Shown here in pieces: positions 47,584-57,521 of a DNA stretch of 64,000 nt. The stretch's first letter is position 1, and each line of letters opens with the position of its first letter. Under the pieces are notes generated by a model, which saw only the letters and a program-made list of their open reading frames with translations, searched no databases and was not told the DNA's origin. The DNA comes from a virus (taxonomy: Duplodnaviria > Caudoviricetes). Both the position numbers and the translations under genes were made by a program. Location: IMG/VR virus record IMGVR_UViG_3300032227_000993, one strand, 5' to 3'.

Positions 47584-47751
47584 TTAGTTATATCCTTTAA
47601 CAGCCTTACCGTCAATTTTGGGATTGCCCTTTGCATGAGCTTTTAAGAAATAATCCTTTTTACGCTCTTCTGGCAAGGGACCACATCCTAATCTATCCCA
47701 CTCTCGATCAGAGTAGTAATACTGCTGTACAGGCTTTTTGTTCTGTTCCAT
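47584..47751 (-). CDS. small hypothetical protein (55 aa)
   Basis: Not in track; MEQNKKPVQQYYYSDREWDRLGCGPLP; TAAATA 8 nt upstream. Confidence 0.55.
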   Translation of the reverse strand: MEQNKKPVQQYYYSDREWDRLGCGPLPEERKKDYFLKAHAKGNPKIDGKAVKGYN

Positions 47752-47873
47752 AGTAGTAATATTTACCTAAATTAATTAGTTTACTGGTAGCTCGAGCATT
47801 GTAACTCAAGATTTTGAGTATTGTGTGTTTCTACGTTATTATCAAGGCCTTATTAATGTGCAGTTTAACAGGG

Positions 47874-48242
47874 TTATTGATAATTGTCAAGAAATTTTTC
47901 TAAATTGCCATACAAATTGAGCAACATGGCTTCTTTACTGCTAAAAAACACAATATCTACTGGAAAACTCTTTTTAGTTACAACATAATAGGGATTTTGT
48001 AATTTTCTATCCAAATCTAATATGGTCTGTTGGGTAAACAGCATTTCATCGGGTATTTTGTAGGGGTAAAATTTTAATTCTAAGTGTTCGGATAATACTT
48101 TGTATCCTAAGGCTGTCAAGCGCAAGCCGCCACCGGGCCTAATATTAAACCACCAACTGGTTCTGGCAACTTCTACTGTGGTTGTAAACTGAGCAGGAAG
48201 TTGAGCTACCAATTGCTCAGTAAGTTTAAGTTTATTACGCAC
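47874..48242 (-). CDS. hypothetical protein
   Basis: GGLRLT..G motif, coupled ORF. Confidence 0.65.
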   Translation of the reverse strand: MRNKLKLTEQLVAQLPAQFTTTVEVARTSWWFNIRPGGGLRLTALGYKVLSEHLELKFYPYKIPDEMLFTQQTILDLDRKLQNPYYVVTKKSFPVDIVFFSSKEAMLLNLYGNLEKFLDNYQ

Positions 48243-48246
48243 AACA

Positions 48247-49479
48247 TTATTGGACGTCTAGCAACCAAGGCTCTGCTTCGGTGATAGCCGCAAAATATTC
48301 AGGCATGACTTCTTCAAACTTTTGGCTGCGAATCTTATCAAGAGCTTTAAGTTCGTACCAAAATTTAGGAAAATAAATGTTGCATCCAGCGATGTTGTTT
48401 TTTAACAAGGAGATAACGTTATCCAACTTTAATTTTGTCTGTGGAGCAGAGTTCTCAAATCTTTCAATCAAGGCATTTTTGACTGGTTGAGGCAAATGTC
48501 TAAAATCATATTGTTCAGGCGTGTACACAACATTAATTCCAAACCCAATAGAATGATTTGACAGACCTTCTACTATTGTATCTAAATACCAAATATTAAA
48601 AATACTAACAGTGATACAAATGTAAATAGAAACATTTTTATGTTCTTTGGCAAAGGCAATGTACTTGTCTAAGTTTTCAAATAGCTTGTCGGCCTTGACC
48701 CCGTAACGGACATAACTCAATTGCGCCGGGTCAACTGCGTCAATACTGATGCCAATTCTGGCTGATTTAAATTTAGGCAAACAATCAATGTAATCTTGAT
48801 TCCAAATAGTACAGTTGGTGTGTATCTGTACATCTGTGTTCTTGGCGCCACCTTCGTCGGCCACTTTAATCATACGGTCCCACATGGCAGGAGCAAGTAA
48901 GGGCTCGCCGCCGTAGATGTCAAGGAATACCAAACCTGGCAACCAACGCTCAAAGGTATCCCACACAGGTAAATTATCACGGCCAAAGCCATCGCGAATA
49001 GTTTCAAACTGACTTGTGTATTCTTTAAATGATCCTTCAAAGGTACCTTGTACTTGTTCTAACTTGTAAAAGTCTTGATACAAGCCAGTCGATGTGGCTG
49101 GTTGACAAGTGCGGCAACCCAAGTTGCACACGTTACTTGGTTTTAAAATCAACACATGAGGTTGATCCTCTGGCATATCCAGCGTGGCCAACTCGGCATT
49201 GAATTTTTGTCTGGTAGAAACTACTCCTGCCGCTTCATCATTCCAGCAGGCATGACAACTTGGAATCCGTTCACCAGCATCAAGTTTGGTGATAATTTCA
49301 TTGCGTGAAGGACTGTCCCACATATCTTGAAGTCCAGTATCGTACAAATACATTGCTTCGCCGTTGACAGTATTTCCGAACGATGCATTGTTTTTGTTAC
49401 ATACACAACAGTCGCCTTTATTTTGTACTGCCATTGATACGTGTGAGAGTTTGCAATAGGTTGCTGATTTTGTTGTCAT
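48247..49479 (-). CDS. radical SAM protein, N-terminal twitch type
   Basis: YCKLS..CCVC..CHACW; CNLGCRTC; YGGEP. Confidence 0.9.
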   Translation of the reverse strand: MTTKSATYCKLSHVSMAVQNKGDCCVCNKNNASFGNTVNGEAMYLYDTGLQDMWDSPSRNEIITKLDAGERIPSCHACWNDEAAGVVSTRQKFNAELATLDMPEDQPHVLILKPSNVCNLGCRTCQPATSTGLYQDFYKLEQVQGTFEGSFKEYTSQFETIRDGFGRDNLPVWDTFERWLPGLVFLDIYGGEPLLAPAMWDRMIKVADEGGAKNTDVQIHTNCTIWNQDYIDCLPKFKSARIGISIDAVDPAQLSYVRYGVKADKLFENLDKYIAFAKEHKNVSIYICITVSIFNIWYLDTIVEGLSNHSIGFGINVVYTPEQYDFRHLPQPVKNALIERFENSAPQTKLKLDNVISLLKNNIAGCNIYFPKFWYELKALDKIRSQKFEEVMPEYFAAITEAEPWLLDVQ

Positions 49480-49763
49480 GGATAAATTTGTTCGCCTTGT
49501 TTTAATAACACTACTGTAAATTTATCTGTTTTAAATTGAGTGTTAAGTTTTTTTGCGAGGTTGATGGCATGGCCAGGATTGGAGAAAGAAACCTTTTTGT
49601 ATTTAGGACCAGGGTATTGAACTAACATATTTCCAGTCTTTAGGTTGATGGGTTTACTGTCGTAGAAAACTGCCCAGGTGCCAGCTGATGCTAACACTTG
49701 TTCAGTTTTGTATGTTACCTTGTTTATTAATTCGGCAAGTACTGTAGGCTTTGGTCTACTCAT
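49476..49763 (-). CDS. hypothetical protein
   Basis: MSRPKP..KYKKVSFSNPGHAINLAKKLN; TAAATA upstream. Confidence 0.7.
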   Translation of the reverse strand: MSRPKPTVLAELINKVTYKTEQVLASAGTWAVFYDSKPINLKTGNMLVQYPGPKYKKVSFSNPGHAINLAKKLNTQFKTDKFTVVLLKQGEQIYP

Positions 49764-49805
49764 GATACTATTATTTATCTACAAAAGACCAATAATATGC
49801 GTATA

Positions 49806-50024
49806 TTATCCAGGCGTTTTAAAATCGCCACCGTTGATTTGTACCTGAATAACCTGTTCTTCCTTGTCAGCTATGGCCTGTTCTTGATAAGTTTTAAGCT
49901 CTAACAGTAGTTGCGTAAGGTCAGCGGCCATGCCTTTGGCATCAACCATAGGCATAACAAAGTCTTTGGCACCACGAGCTTCATGTCCACGTATGCGATC
50001 AATAAACTTTTGTAAGTGTAACAT
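49806..50024 (-). CDS. hypothetical protein
   Basis: 72-aa coupled ORF. Confidence 0.65.
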   Translation of the reverse strand: MLHLQKFIDRIRGHEARGAKDFVMPMVDAKGMAADLTQLLLELKTYQEQAIADKEEQVIQVQINGGDFKTPG

Positions 50025-50398
50025 TAGTGTTCACGCTTTAAAAAATTTTGTAACTGCGGCGGCTCCCAACCTTCTGGTTTGAGAATCTTACCATCTTCAC
50101 GACGTAGTACCTTGCCAGTGCGACGATCAATCTTGTTGAAGTTGGTGGCCATTACTTCGCGCCACGCACCTTCGCCATCAGCACCCATGGAGTTGATGGC
50201 TCCAATAGTAACAACAAGAATGTCTACCAAGGCATCTAAAGTTTCTACTGGATTTTTATTAGCAAGGGCTACCTGCAACTCATCGTATTCTTCTGTGATT
50301 AGTTTTGCGTACATTCTAAACTGATCATCGTTCATGCCTGAAATTGTTTGTTCACAGGCTGTCATAAATTTATCGCTGTCGCGAAACATATTTGTCAT
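50024..50398 (-). CDS. MazG-like nucleotide pyrophosphohydrolase
   Basis: LITEEYDEL..DALVDILVV..EV..TNFNK..REDGKILKP. Confidence 0.8.
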   Translation of the reverse strand: MTNMFRDSDKFMTACEQTISGMNDDQFRMYAKLITEEYDELQVALANKNPVETLDALVDILVVTIGAINSMGADGEGAWREVMATNFNKIDRRTGKVLRREDGKILKPEGWEPPQLQNFLKREH

Positions 50399-50847
50399 TT
50401 TGGTAGTGCTTCCTCTTTAGTGTAAAATGGTCCTTCATAAGGATATCGTTGTAGTACGATTAACTTTGGATCTTGCATTGCGGCCCACTTGCGCCCTTTC
50501 TTTACTGTGTACCAGCCTGCGGCGTGCCAGGATTTACTTTTATTTGATTTTGTGTAAACTGGTAGTTTTTGTGGCACATCCCACATGGGATTGTAAACAC
50601 GACCAGCAGCAGGATATCCGTGAACCGATTGTGTTGATGGTTTTGGTTTTGTTCTTTTAACAACAGCTTCAAACTGAATATTAATATTTCGCTCGACCAT
50701 CTTGATAGTTTTGTATTGAGCAACCACTTCATTATTAATTTTAACTTGGTATCCGCCAGTTACAGCTTCAATGTTACCAACTTTACGATCGTCTTGTTGT
50801 AACACCCAAAATTGTTTATCAATCACTGGTTTAGCTATTAGAGTCAT
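50395..50847 (-). CDS. hypothetical protein
   Basis: 150-aa coupled ORF. Confidence 0.7.
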   Translation of the reverse strand: MTLIAKPVIDKQFWVLQQDDRKVGNIEAVTGGYQVKINNEVVAQYKTIKMVERNINIQFEAVVKRTKPKPSTQSVHGYPAAGRVYNPMWDVPQKLPVYTKSNKSKSWHAAGWYTVKKGRKWAAMQDPKLIVLQRYPYEGPFYTKEEALPK

Positions 50848-51032
50848 TTAGTGTTTTTCTTTCTGCATTCTTCTTGTACTGCCACTGGCACATCTGGGTG
50901 CCAACCGCCTATTAACATACGACAGTCATATTTTACTACTACTTGATTTTTATCTGCGGGCCAAAATGCCAATATTAGCGTGCCGATGATCAATACAAAA
51001 GTTACAATAGTCCAAAACATATCTTTAGCCAT
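50844..51032 (-). CDS. small membrane protein
   Basis: N-terminal TM, YDCRMLIGGWHPDVP. Confidence 0.6.
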   Translation of the reverse strand: MAKDMFWTIVTFVLIIGTLILAFWPADKNQVVVKYDCRMLIGGWHPDVPVAVQEECRKKNTK

Positions 51033-52026
51033 TTAATACTCCTTTGTATGTTTCATTCATCCAGCGACCAAATGTTTCGGCATTCTCGGAACACTTGTTT
51101 AATTCATATTTGCCGCAAAACTGCATAAAGCGTACACCTACTTGTCCTACATCTTTATGACTAATTTGTTCACGGATACAAGAGTCAACAACATCTTTAA
51201 CTGCCTGCGGTTGTGCTGTCAAGTCAATTAAGGTACGGTTACGTTCGTAATCATCTAACACTCTATGTTCTACACCGTCTGGATCAGTCCAGCGTTGTAG
51301 CATCATGTTGTTCCAGTTGTAGCCTTTTTTGTCTTTGTCCGCAAACGCTTCCTGGAGTCCAACCTTGTTCTTAGTGCCCTTAGTTCTGACACCGGGATAC
51401 GCTGAGAACACGTTATCCGAGCTATCTCCTCGCATACACTTTTCAAAGAGTAGCCATTCTGGGTTCGGCGTCGACTTAGGTTCCTTAGTTTTCTTATCGA
51501 TAACCGCTTTGCCTTTGGCATCAAAAATTCCTTCTATGGTGTGTAATTCATCTGTAATACCATTGTACTGCGTAACATTGGGGGCTAATAATTGAACGAA
51601 GTCAGTATCGCTACTAACAATAATATTTTCGTCCTGGGGATGTAAAGCAATCCAACGAGCTATGATATCATCACCTTCTGCTGTGGCGCAGCGGATAACA
51701 CTACAGTTCGTCTTCTCTGACAAGTATTTAGTCAAATTATCATATGTTTCCCAGAACATTTTATCTTCTTCTACTTCGTGTTCGGTCAACGCAGCACGGG
51801 CCACAGTACGGTTATTTTTGTAGGGCTTGTAGGCATCCTTACGCCAGCTTCGCCCTTCCAAGGTAAACACCACATGATCTGCTTCAAATCTACGGGCCAT
51901 TTTATTGGCCGCCATCAAGGTGATGTGCAAGGCCATGCCAATCTTTTCCCAAGTATCGGCTCCACGGTGAGCACCATGCCTGGCGCGGAAGAATAAATTC
52001 GCTGTGTCTACGAGTAAGTATTTCAT
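51025..52026 (-). CDS. T4 RNase H-like 5'-3' exonuclease
   Basis: LLVD..N, EGRSWRK..Y..YK.NR, EGDDII, SSDTDF.QL, RGDSSDNV. Confidence 0.88.
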   Translation of the reverse strand: MKYLLVDTANLFFRARHGAHRGADTWEKIGMALHITLMAANKMARRFEADHVVFTLEGRSWRKDAYKPYKNNRTVARAALTEHEVEEDKMFWETYDNLTKYLSEKTNCSVIRCATAEGDDIIARWIALHPQDENIIVSSDTDFVQLLAPNVTQYNGITDELHTIEGIFDAKGKAVIDKKTKEPKSTPNPEWLLFEKCMRGDSSDNVFSAYPGVRTKGTKNKVGLQEAFADKDKKGYNWNNMMLQRWTDPDGVEHRVLDDYERNRTLIDLTAQPQAVKDVVDSCIREQISHKDVGQVGVRFMQFCGKYELNKCSENAETFGRWMNETYKGVLNG

Positions 52027-52032
52027 AAAACA

Positions 52033-52061
52033 AGTGTAACAGAATACAGTTTATTTGTCAA
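52033..52061 (-). promoter_or_regulatory. sigma70 promoter
   Basis: TTGACA-N17-TACACT; ATG 6 nt downstream. Confidence 0.75.
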
Positions 52062-52065
52062 CTAT

Positions 52066-52770
52066 TTAGATACGGTTGTTCTTAATAACATAATTTAACA
52101 TATACTTGTGCCAAAAGGAGTGACCGTCTTGACCAAAATGATATGATTTTGGTGTCACGGTATCAATTCCAGCCGCTTGGATTTTAGCCGAAAATGTTCC
52201 AGCAGGTTCATACGGATCAATGTAGCTGTCGCCCCAGTTGAATCTTTCTGCTGTAGGAATGGCTGAAAAATCATTATTACCGTTGAAGAAAATATGTGGA
52301 GCATCCATACCAATAAGCTCTTGATGGAATGCCCAGATATCCTTGTGTGCTTGTCTTGTTTTTTCTTGCCAGTCAAGACCAATTATGTAATTACGATATC
52401 TTTCCTGTGCTTCCTGCGGAACATGATCGATACCACTACCGTTGACTTGATACAAAATGCCATTGTACTGCCACTCTTCTCTTTCCCAAGTCGACCACTG
52501 TATAATAATTAATTTTTCTTTATTACGATTAATTTTGGTCCAGTCTCGGGTGGTACGAATAATTCTTGCGTTGCTTGATGCGCTTTCGGCATCACAATAA
52601 AATCCTGCTTTTAATGTATTTGCCAGGCAACGACCCCAACTGACTGCTAAATTTTCAGGATGTGGAATTCGTCCTAAATGATACAACCGCGGATCGTCTT
52701 GCGCAAAAGCATAAGAATTAACCGCTTCGGCTCCTGCGGTATGGCTATCGCCGTTTACATATAGAATCAA
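52066..52770 (-). CDS. SGNH hydrolase-like protein
   Basis: LYVNGDSHTAG, SSNARI, HFGQDGH. Confidence 0.6.
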   Translation of the reverse strand: MILYVNGDSHTAGAEAVNSYAFAQDDPRLYHLGRIPHPENLAVSWGRCLANTLKAGFYCDAESASSNARIIRTTRDWTKINRNKEKLIIIQWSTWEREEWQYNGILYQVNGSGIDHVPQEAQERYRNYIIGLDWQEKTRQAHKDIWAFHQELIGMDAPHIFFNGNNDFSAIPTAERFNWGDSYIDPYEPAGTFSAKIQAAGIDTVTPKSYHFGQDGHSFWHKYMLNYVIKNNRI

Positions 52771-53138
52771 CTTACTTCGCTCCTGCCATCGCCAACATCA
52801 CGTGTTTTGACCACGCGAGTATTCATTGCTTCGTATTGTTCAGCAGTTTCTAATACAACGTTACGACACACCGCTGTAAACCAACGATCTACAATGTCGG
52901 CGTCTGTGTCGCGGGCATCCATTTGATAGCCGTGTCGAATAAGATCGGCGATCATTTTATCGTTCCAATCAAATTCAAAGGCACCGTTATTAATATCAGC
53001 AGGATCAATTTCCATGCTCAATACTTCAAAGTATGGCTCACCGCGTTCGGTGGCCAATTGTTTGGCAGATTTAGCTTGCTCGGTTGCTACCGCAGCAATC
53101 TTTTTCTTTTTAAAGATATTTTTAACAGCATCAAACAT
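52767..53138 (-). CDS. hypothetical protein
   Basis: GEPY..FEFDWND..DRWF..VCRN; likely start MFDAVK. Confidence 0.7.
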   Translation of the reverse strand: MFDAVKNIFKKKKIAAVATEQAKSAKQLATERGEPYFEVLSMEIDPADINNGAFEFDWNDKMIADLIRHGYQMDARDTDADIVDRWFTAVCRNVVLETAEQYEAMNTRVVKTRDVGDGRSEVS

Positions 53139-53140
53139 AA

Positions 53141-54241
53141 TTACTCCTTGAATAAGTTTACTTCTTCCCATGGCAATCCAGACTTGCCAAAATGCCCATA
53201 GTTAGTAGTGCCGCTGTAGATAGGCCGGAACAAGTCGAAGCGATTGATAATACCTTTGGGTGTTAAATCTACATTGGCCTCAATCCATTCGGTTAACGCA
53301 CGGCTATCGCCATCGGACTCTACATAAAAGCTCATGGGATCTGCTACACCAATGGCATAACTAATCTGTACAGTGGCCCATGTGGCTTTGCCTGCGGCCA
53401 CAATGTTCTTGGCAAGATAACGAGCCATGTAAGCAGCACTACGGTCTACCTTGGTAGGATCCTTGCCTGAGAACGCACCGCCACCGTGTGGACTGTAACC
53501 ACCGTAGGTGTCTACAATAATCTTACGTCCTGTTAGGCCTGTGTCGCCATCTGGTCCGCCAATAACAAAACGTCCTGTTGGGTTGATGTAAAACTCTGTG
53601 TTTTCGTCAACATACTCAGCCGGCAATACCTGGCGAATAATCATTTCCACAGTAGCGCGAACAAACTCAATACTGACATCTTCTGAATGTTGTGTAGAAC
53701 ATACTACTTTGGCAATACGCAAAGGTTTATTATTTTCATCGTATTCAAATGTAACTTGACTCTTGGCGTCTGGACCTAACCAATTGGTACTGCCACCTTT
53801 TCTAATTGTAGTAAGTGCTTCTACAATACGATGGCTGTAATAAATTGCCGACGGCATATAGTTTTCTGTTTCGTCACAGGCATAACCAAACATTAGTCCT
53901 TGGTCACCTGCTCCAAAGTTATCTGTACCTAATGCAATGTCTGCTGACTGCCCGTGTAGCAAATTAATAATCTTAACTGTACGCCAATCAAAGCCCGTTT
54001 GCTCGTAGCCAATATTTTTGATAACTTGACGAATAGTTGACTCTACTTTAGCAGGATCTAACTCTCCCTTGTACTCACCAGCAACCACAACTGTGTCTGT
54101 GGTTACCAATGTTTCGCAAGCACAACGAAGACTTGTATCTTGTTTGCTCATTACTAAATCTAAAACGGCATCGCTGATAGCGTCTGCTACTTTGTCTGGG
54201 TGTCCTTCTGATACTGATTCTGATGTGAATAGATAGCTCAA
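53141..54241 (-). CDS. metK: S-adenosylmethionine synthetase
   Basis: FTSESVSEGHPDK, GAGDQG, GGPDGDTGLTGRK, GGGAFSGKDPTKVDRS. Confidence 0.97.
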   Translation of the reverse strand: MSYLFTSESVSEGHPDKVADAISDAVLDLVMSKQDTSLRCACETLVTTDTVVVAGEYKGELDPAKVESTIRQVIKNIGYEQTGFDWRTVKIINLLHGQSADIALGTDNFGAGDQGLMFGYACDETENYMPSAIYYSHRIVEALTTIRKGGSTNWLGPDAKSQVTFEYDENNKPLRIAKVVCSTQHSEDVSIEFVRATVEMIIRQVLPAEYVDENTEFYINPTGRFVIGGPDGDTGLTGRKIIVDTYGGYSPHGGGAFSGKDPTKVDRSAAYMARYLAKNIVAAGKATWATVQISYAIGVADPMSFYVESDGDSRALTEWIEANVDLTPKGIINRFDLFRPIYSGTTNYGHFGKSGLPWEEVNLFKE

Positions 54242-54242
54242 T

Positions 54243-54488
54243 TTAATTTCCTTTTAATTTCCATATGAGATGTTCGGTGGCGTCATGCCATTGATATTGA
54301 TACGCTGGTGTACCTGGCCCTGTCCACATAGCTGTTCCTTTGTAGGCATACTTCAACCAGATTACTTTATTACTTATCAAACATCTACGTGGCCACAATG
54401 AAAACTTGTATTCCCACCCTGCTTTGTAGTAAAAGCTACTGTTATCCATGCCTGGTATTGGCATTATTTGCCCCAGCCATTGCCCCAT
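54243..54488 (-). CDS. small hypothetical protein
   Basis: Trp-rich coupled ORF. Confidence 0.55.
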   Translation of the reverse strand: MGQWLGQIMPIPGMDNSSFYYKAGWEYKFSLWPRRCLISNKVIWLKYAYKGTAMWTGPGTPAYQYQWHDATEHLIWKLKGN

Positions 54489-55330
54489 AAATCCACGTGT
54501 AATCGAGGACTGTAATTAAATCCACGTTCGCAACAAATGTTAGCGATGTTTAATTTGTTTTCTTCATAGGGTCGAACAACACCACCTTGTGGCATCAAGT
54601 AAACAACACCTTTGAATCCACCTGCTCTAAACGCATCAACTGCTCGAACAGCTTCGGCTACGTGTTCTACTGTTTCAACAACAAACTTGAGATACACATT
54701 ACCAAATGCTTGATATTCATTTACAACTTCTGGGCAGATGGCCTCTTCCCAAGATTCGCCTGACGCACTTAACTTAGCACTTACACTGAATGTGACTTCT
54801 CTTAAAAATCCAGGACCATCTAATGTCCAGTTACGCAAAAACGCTTTGAAGTCTTCACTTAACTTTTGTGTTCCATTGGTTTCAAAGGTAATGTTCTTTA
54901 AGTCTGCCATGCCTGGATGACTTAACAATTCTCCATAAGCACGTTGCCAACCTAACAAGGGTTCACCACCTGTAATAACCAAGTGTACGTCATTGCCATT
55001 GTTCTGTACCCATGCGTTATTAGGAGTTAGTGCCAACATTTGATCCACCAGGTCCGTTGTTTCCACAGTAGGACTCAAATGTTTAAATGCTGGGTGCCAT
55101 GACGCATAACTGTCACAGCCTGTTTCGACCAAAGGCAATGATAAGAATGTAGCATATTTGTCTACAACCTTGGCAACTTCATCAGCGCCTGTGCTCTTCT
55201 CACCTGGCTTGCAACCAAACCCACTACAGGTAAAGTTACAACCATAAGTGCGCAAAAATACACTGGGCACACCAACAAAGCGTCCTTCACCTTGCAAACT
55301 GTAAAACAGTTCACTTACTTTAATTTTCAT
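54464..55330 (-). CDS. queE: 7-carboxy-7-deazaguanine synthase (radical SAM)
   Basis: ELFYSLQGEG..PSVFLRT.GCNFTC..CDS, TGGEP, ETNGT, YSPRLH. Confidence 0.88.
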   Translation of the reverse strand: MKIKVSELFYSLQGEGRFVGVPSVFLRTYGCNFTCSGFGCKPGEKSTGADEVAKVVDKYATFLSLPLVETGCDSYASWHPAFKHLSPTVETTDLVDQMLALTPNNAWVQNNGNDVHLVITGGEPLLGWQRAYGELLSHPGMADLKNITFETNGTQKLSEDFKAFLRNWTLDGPGFLREVTFSVSAKLSASGESWEEAICPEVVNEYQAFGNVYLKFVVETVEHVAEAVRAVDAFRAGGFKGVVYLMPQGGVVRPYEENKLNIANICCERGFNYSPRLHVDLWGNGWGK

Positions 55331-55821
55331 TTTTTCCACCACTCTTCAAAAGGAAAGTTAACCCAACGTGGGTCTTCAAGTTTGTTAATTTCTAATGCTG
55401 AATAATCTATGCGTTTAAATTCACTTGGTTCGTTGTTTATTAATACAGCAATGCGAACACTATTATTCCAGATAGTCGACCACGGCTCGCGTTTGCTTGG
55501 ATGAAAGTCTTCCCAATCTGCTTTGATCCAATTTAGAGTAGCACCGGAATCATTGATATCATCCACAATAAGAATGTTCTTACCGTTGTAGGCGTCTTCT
55601 GCCATCCAAAGATTATGCTCTTGTTCTCTACCATCACGTAGGCTTACTTTAAGACATTCCATAGGAACATCTAAATATTGGCTCATAAGAATAGCTGGCA
55701 GCAATCCTCCACGTGTAAGACCTACCACGTAATCGGGTCTCCAGCTATCTCGGTTCATCTGACGTAGAATTTCGTTGGTCAACGATTCTACATCTTGGTA
55801 AGTTAAGTTAGTATGGTCCAT
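55327..55821 (-). CDS. purine phosphoribosyltransferase-like protein
   Basis: VVGLTRGGL, ILIVDDINDSGAT PRPP-binding loop, FPFE. Confidence 0.85.
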   Translation of the reverse strand: MDHTNLTYQDVESLTNEILRQMNRDSWRPDYVVGLTRGGLLPAILMSQYLDVPMECLKVSLRDGREQEHNLWMAEDAYNGKNILIVDDINDSGATLNWIKADWEDFHPSKREPWSTIWNNSVRIAVLINNEPSEFKRIDYSALEINKLEDPRWVNFPFEEWWKK

Positions 55822-55827
55822 ACAAGT

Positions 55828-55856
55828 ATTATACACACTTGTATTTAGATTGTCAA
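55828..55856 (-). promoter_or_regulatory. sigma70 consensus promoter
   Basis: TTGACA-N17-TATAAT; ATG 6 nt downstream. Confidence 0.85.
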
Positions 55857-55860
55857 GCGA

Positions 55861-56751
55861 TTATGATAAAATATTTCTGATACCTTGCTCAAAACTCATA
55901 GGCTCATAATCAGGCATGACAGACCGCAATTTGCTAATATCTGGTCGACGATTAGCTACCGATCCAGGCATACTCGGTAACTGTTCAAAAACAGCATCAG
56001 GATGACCTAATTCTGCGGCAATGACCTTGACCGCATCACCAATTGAAATTTCACGATCGTTACCAACATTGATTAATTCACGGTTGGTATTTTCAGCAAC
56101 ATAGATACTGGCACGGATAGCATCACTTACATGGCAGAAACTGCGTGTTTCTTGTGAGCCAATTACAGAGAAGATCCCATTACGAATCTTGTCAATTTGG
56201 TCGCCTAAGAAGTGGCCCTTCTTTGAATTCTCACCATACACGTTAAAGTAACGAATCATAACATAAGGCAAGTCTGAATTAGCCAGGTAGTTTTCACTGG
56301 TAATTTTGGCCAAACGATATGACCAACGAGCATTGTGAATATCTTTAATAAACACATCTGCGTTTTCTGGCACAGGTGTTGTAGGATCATCTGCTACAAT
56401 TTCACTGCTTGACGCATACACAATACGCTTTAAGTTTGTTTGTTTGCGAGCAAAGTTAAAAATGTTTAGGTCGCATACAAAGTTATTTTCCAGTACCTTG
56501 TTAGGCATTTTGTAAAAGTTTGTTGTGCCATTGATAGCGCCATAGTGATAAATGTAATCAAAATCAGTGGGCAGTTGATTAATGTCATCTACATTATTCA
56601 AGTCTATACGGAACCATTCATCGCAAGGAGGAATAGTAGTGCTACGACTGTGATTGTCTACTGCGTAAACTGTATGTCCAGCTTCTTTGAGCTGGCGACA
56701 AAACTCTGTGCCTAATAGGCCACTGGCACCTGTGATTAAAATTTTACTCAT
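55861..56751 (-). CDS. NAD-dependent epimerase/dehydratase
   Basis: TGASGLLG, YASSSE, YRLAK, RYFNVYG. Confidence 0.9.
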   Translation of the reverse strand: MSKILITGASGLLGTEFCRQLKEAGHTVYAVDNHSRSTTIPPCDEWFRIDLNNVDDINQLPTDFDYIYHYGAINGTTNFYKMPNKVLENNFVCDLNIFNFARKQTNLKRIVYASSSEIVADDPTTPVPENADVFIKDIHNARWSYRLAKITSENYLANSDLPYVMIRYFNVYGENSKKGHFLGDQIDKIRNGIFSVIGSQETRSFCHVSDAIRASIYVAENTNRELINVGNDREISIGDAVKVIAAELGHPDAVFEQLPSMPGSVANRRPDISKLRSVMPDYEPMSFEQGIRNILS

Positions 56752-57521
56752 TTATTTAAACCTTTATTATCTTCTTGTACAGCATCAATCATTGTGTAAC
56801 TTAATCCTAATTTTTTAACCAAGTTAGCCCAGGCACTTGTGTCCTTAGGCAAACAATGTCCGCCAAAGCCACGCAAGTTTTCATTGCACATCAAGTATGC
56901 TGGATTAAAGCAATCACGTTTGATAATGGCATTGTAAACATTGTTGTAATCTACACCAAGAGCTTTGCATACATCATAGGCAATGTTGGAGAAGATAATT
57001 TGCACAGAGTGATTTACATTGTTAAAGTATTTTACAACTTCAGCTTCGGCAGGTTTAACACAAGCTACGTTCTGTGGCAAGTTACCGTGGATCTCTTTGA
57101 TGATGGCAAAATCTTCTTCACGGTCACTGCCAATAATGAGCAGGTCATGATTGTACATGAAATCAGCTAATGCTGTTTTAGCACGAAGGAATTCTGGAAC
57201 AGAACAAATACGCAATGTAGGATGTTCAGCACTAAGTCTGTCACTGGTACCCGGCACTACTGTACTCTTAACAGCTACTAAACCTTTGTAACCTGCCGCG
57301 TCCAATTCGCCAACAACCTTTTCAACAATACTTGTATCACAATCACCATTTGGTGCCTGGTTGGTTGGAACACAAAGGAATACACAATCGGTATCCAAAA
57401 CATCTTTTAATGTTGAACCTTCATATGCTGGATCAAAGAAACTCATTTGGTGTCCCAAATGATTTAGTCCTTCGTAAACTGCCTTACCTACTGTGCCTTT
57501 GCCTATTAAACCAATTTTCAT
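56748..57521 (-). CDS. UDP-glucose/GDP-mannose dehydrogenase family (lacks C-terminal domain)
   Basis: GKGTVG, VPT, KSTV.PGT, PEFLR, KYFNN, GFGGHCLPKD. Confidence 0.85.
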   Translation of the reverse strand: MKIGLIGKGTVGKAVYEGLNHLGHQMSFFDPAYEGSTLKDVLDTDCVFLCVPTNQAPNGDCDTSIVEKVVGELDAAGYKGLVAVKSTVVPGTSDRLSAEHPTLRICSVPEFLRAKTALADFMYNHDLLIIGSDREEDFAIIKEIHGNLPQNVACVKPAEAEVVKYFNNVNHSVQIIFSNIAYDVCKALGVDYNNVYNAIIKRDCFNPAYLMCNENLRGFGGHCLPKDTSAWANLVKKLGLSYTMIDAVQEDNKGLNK

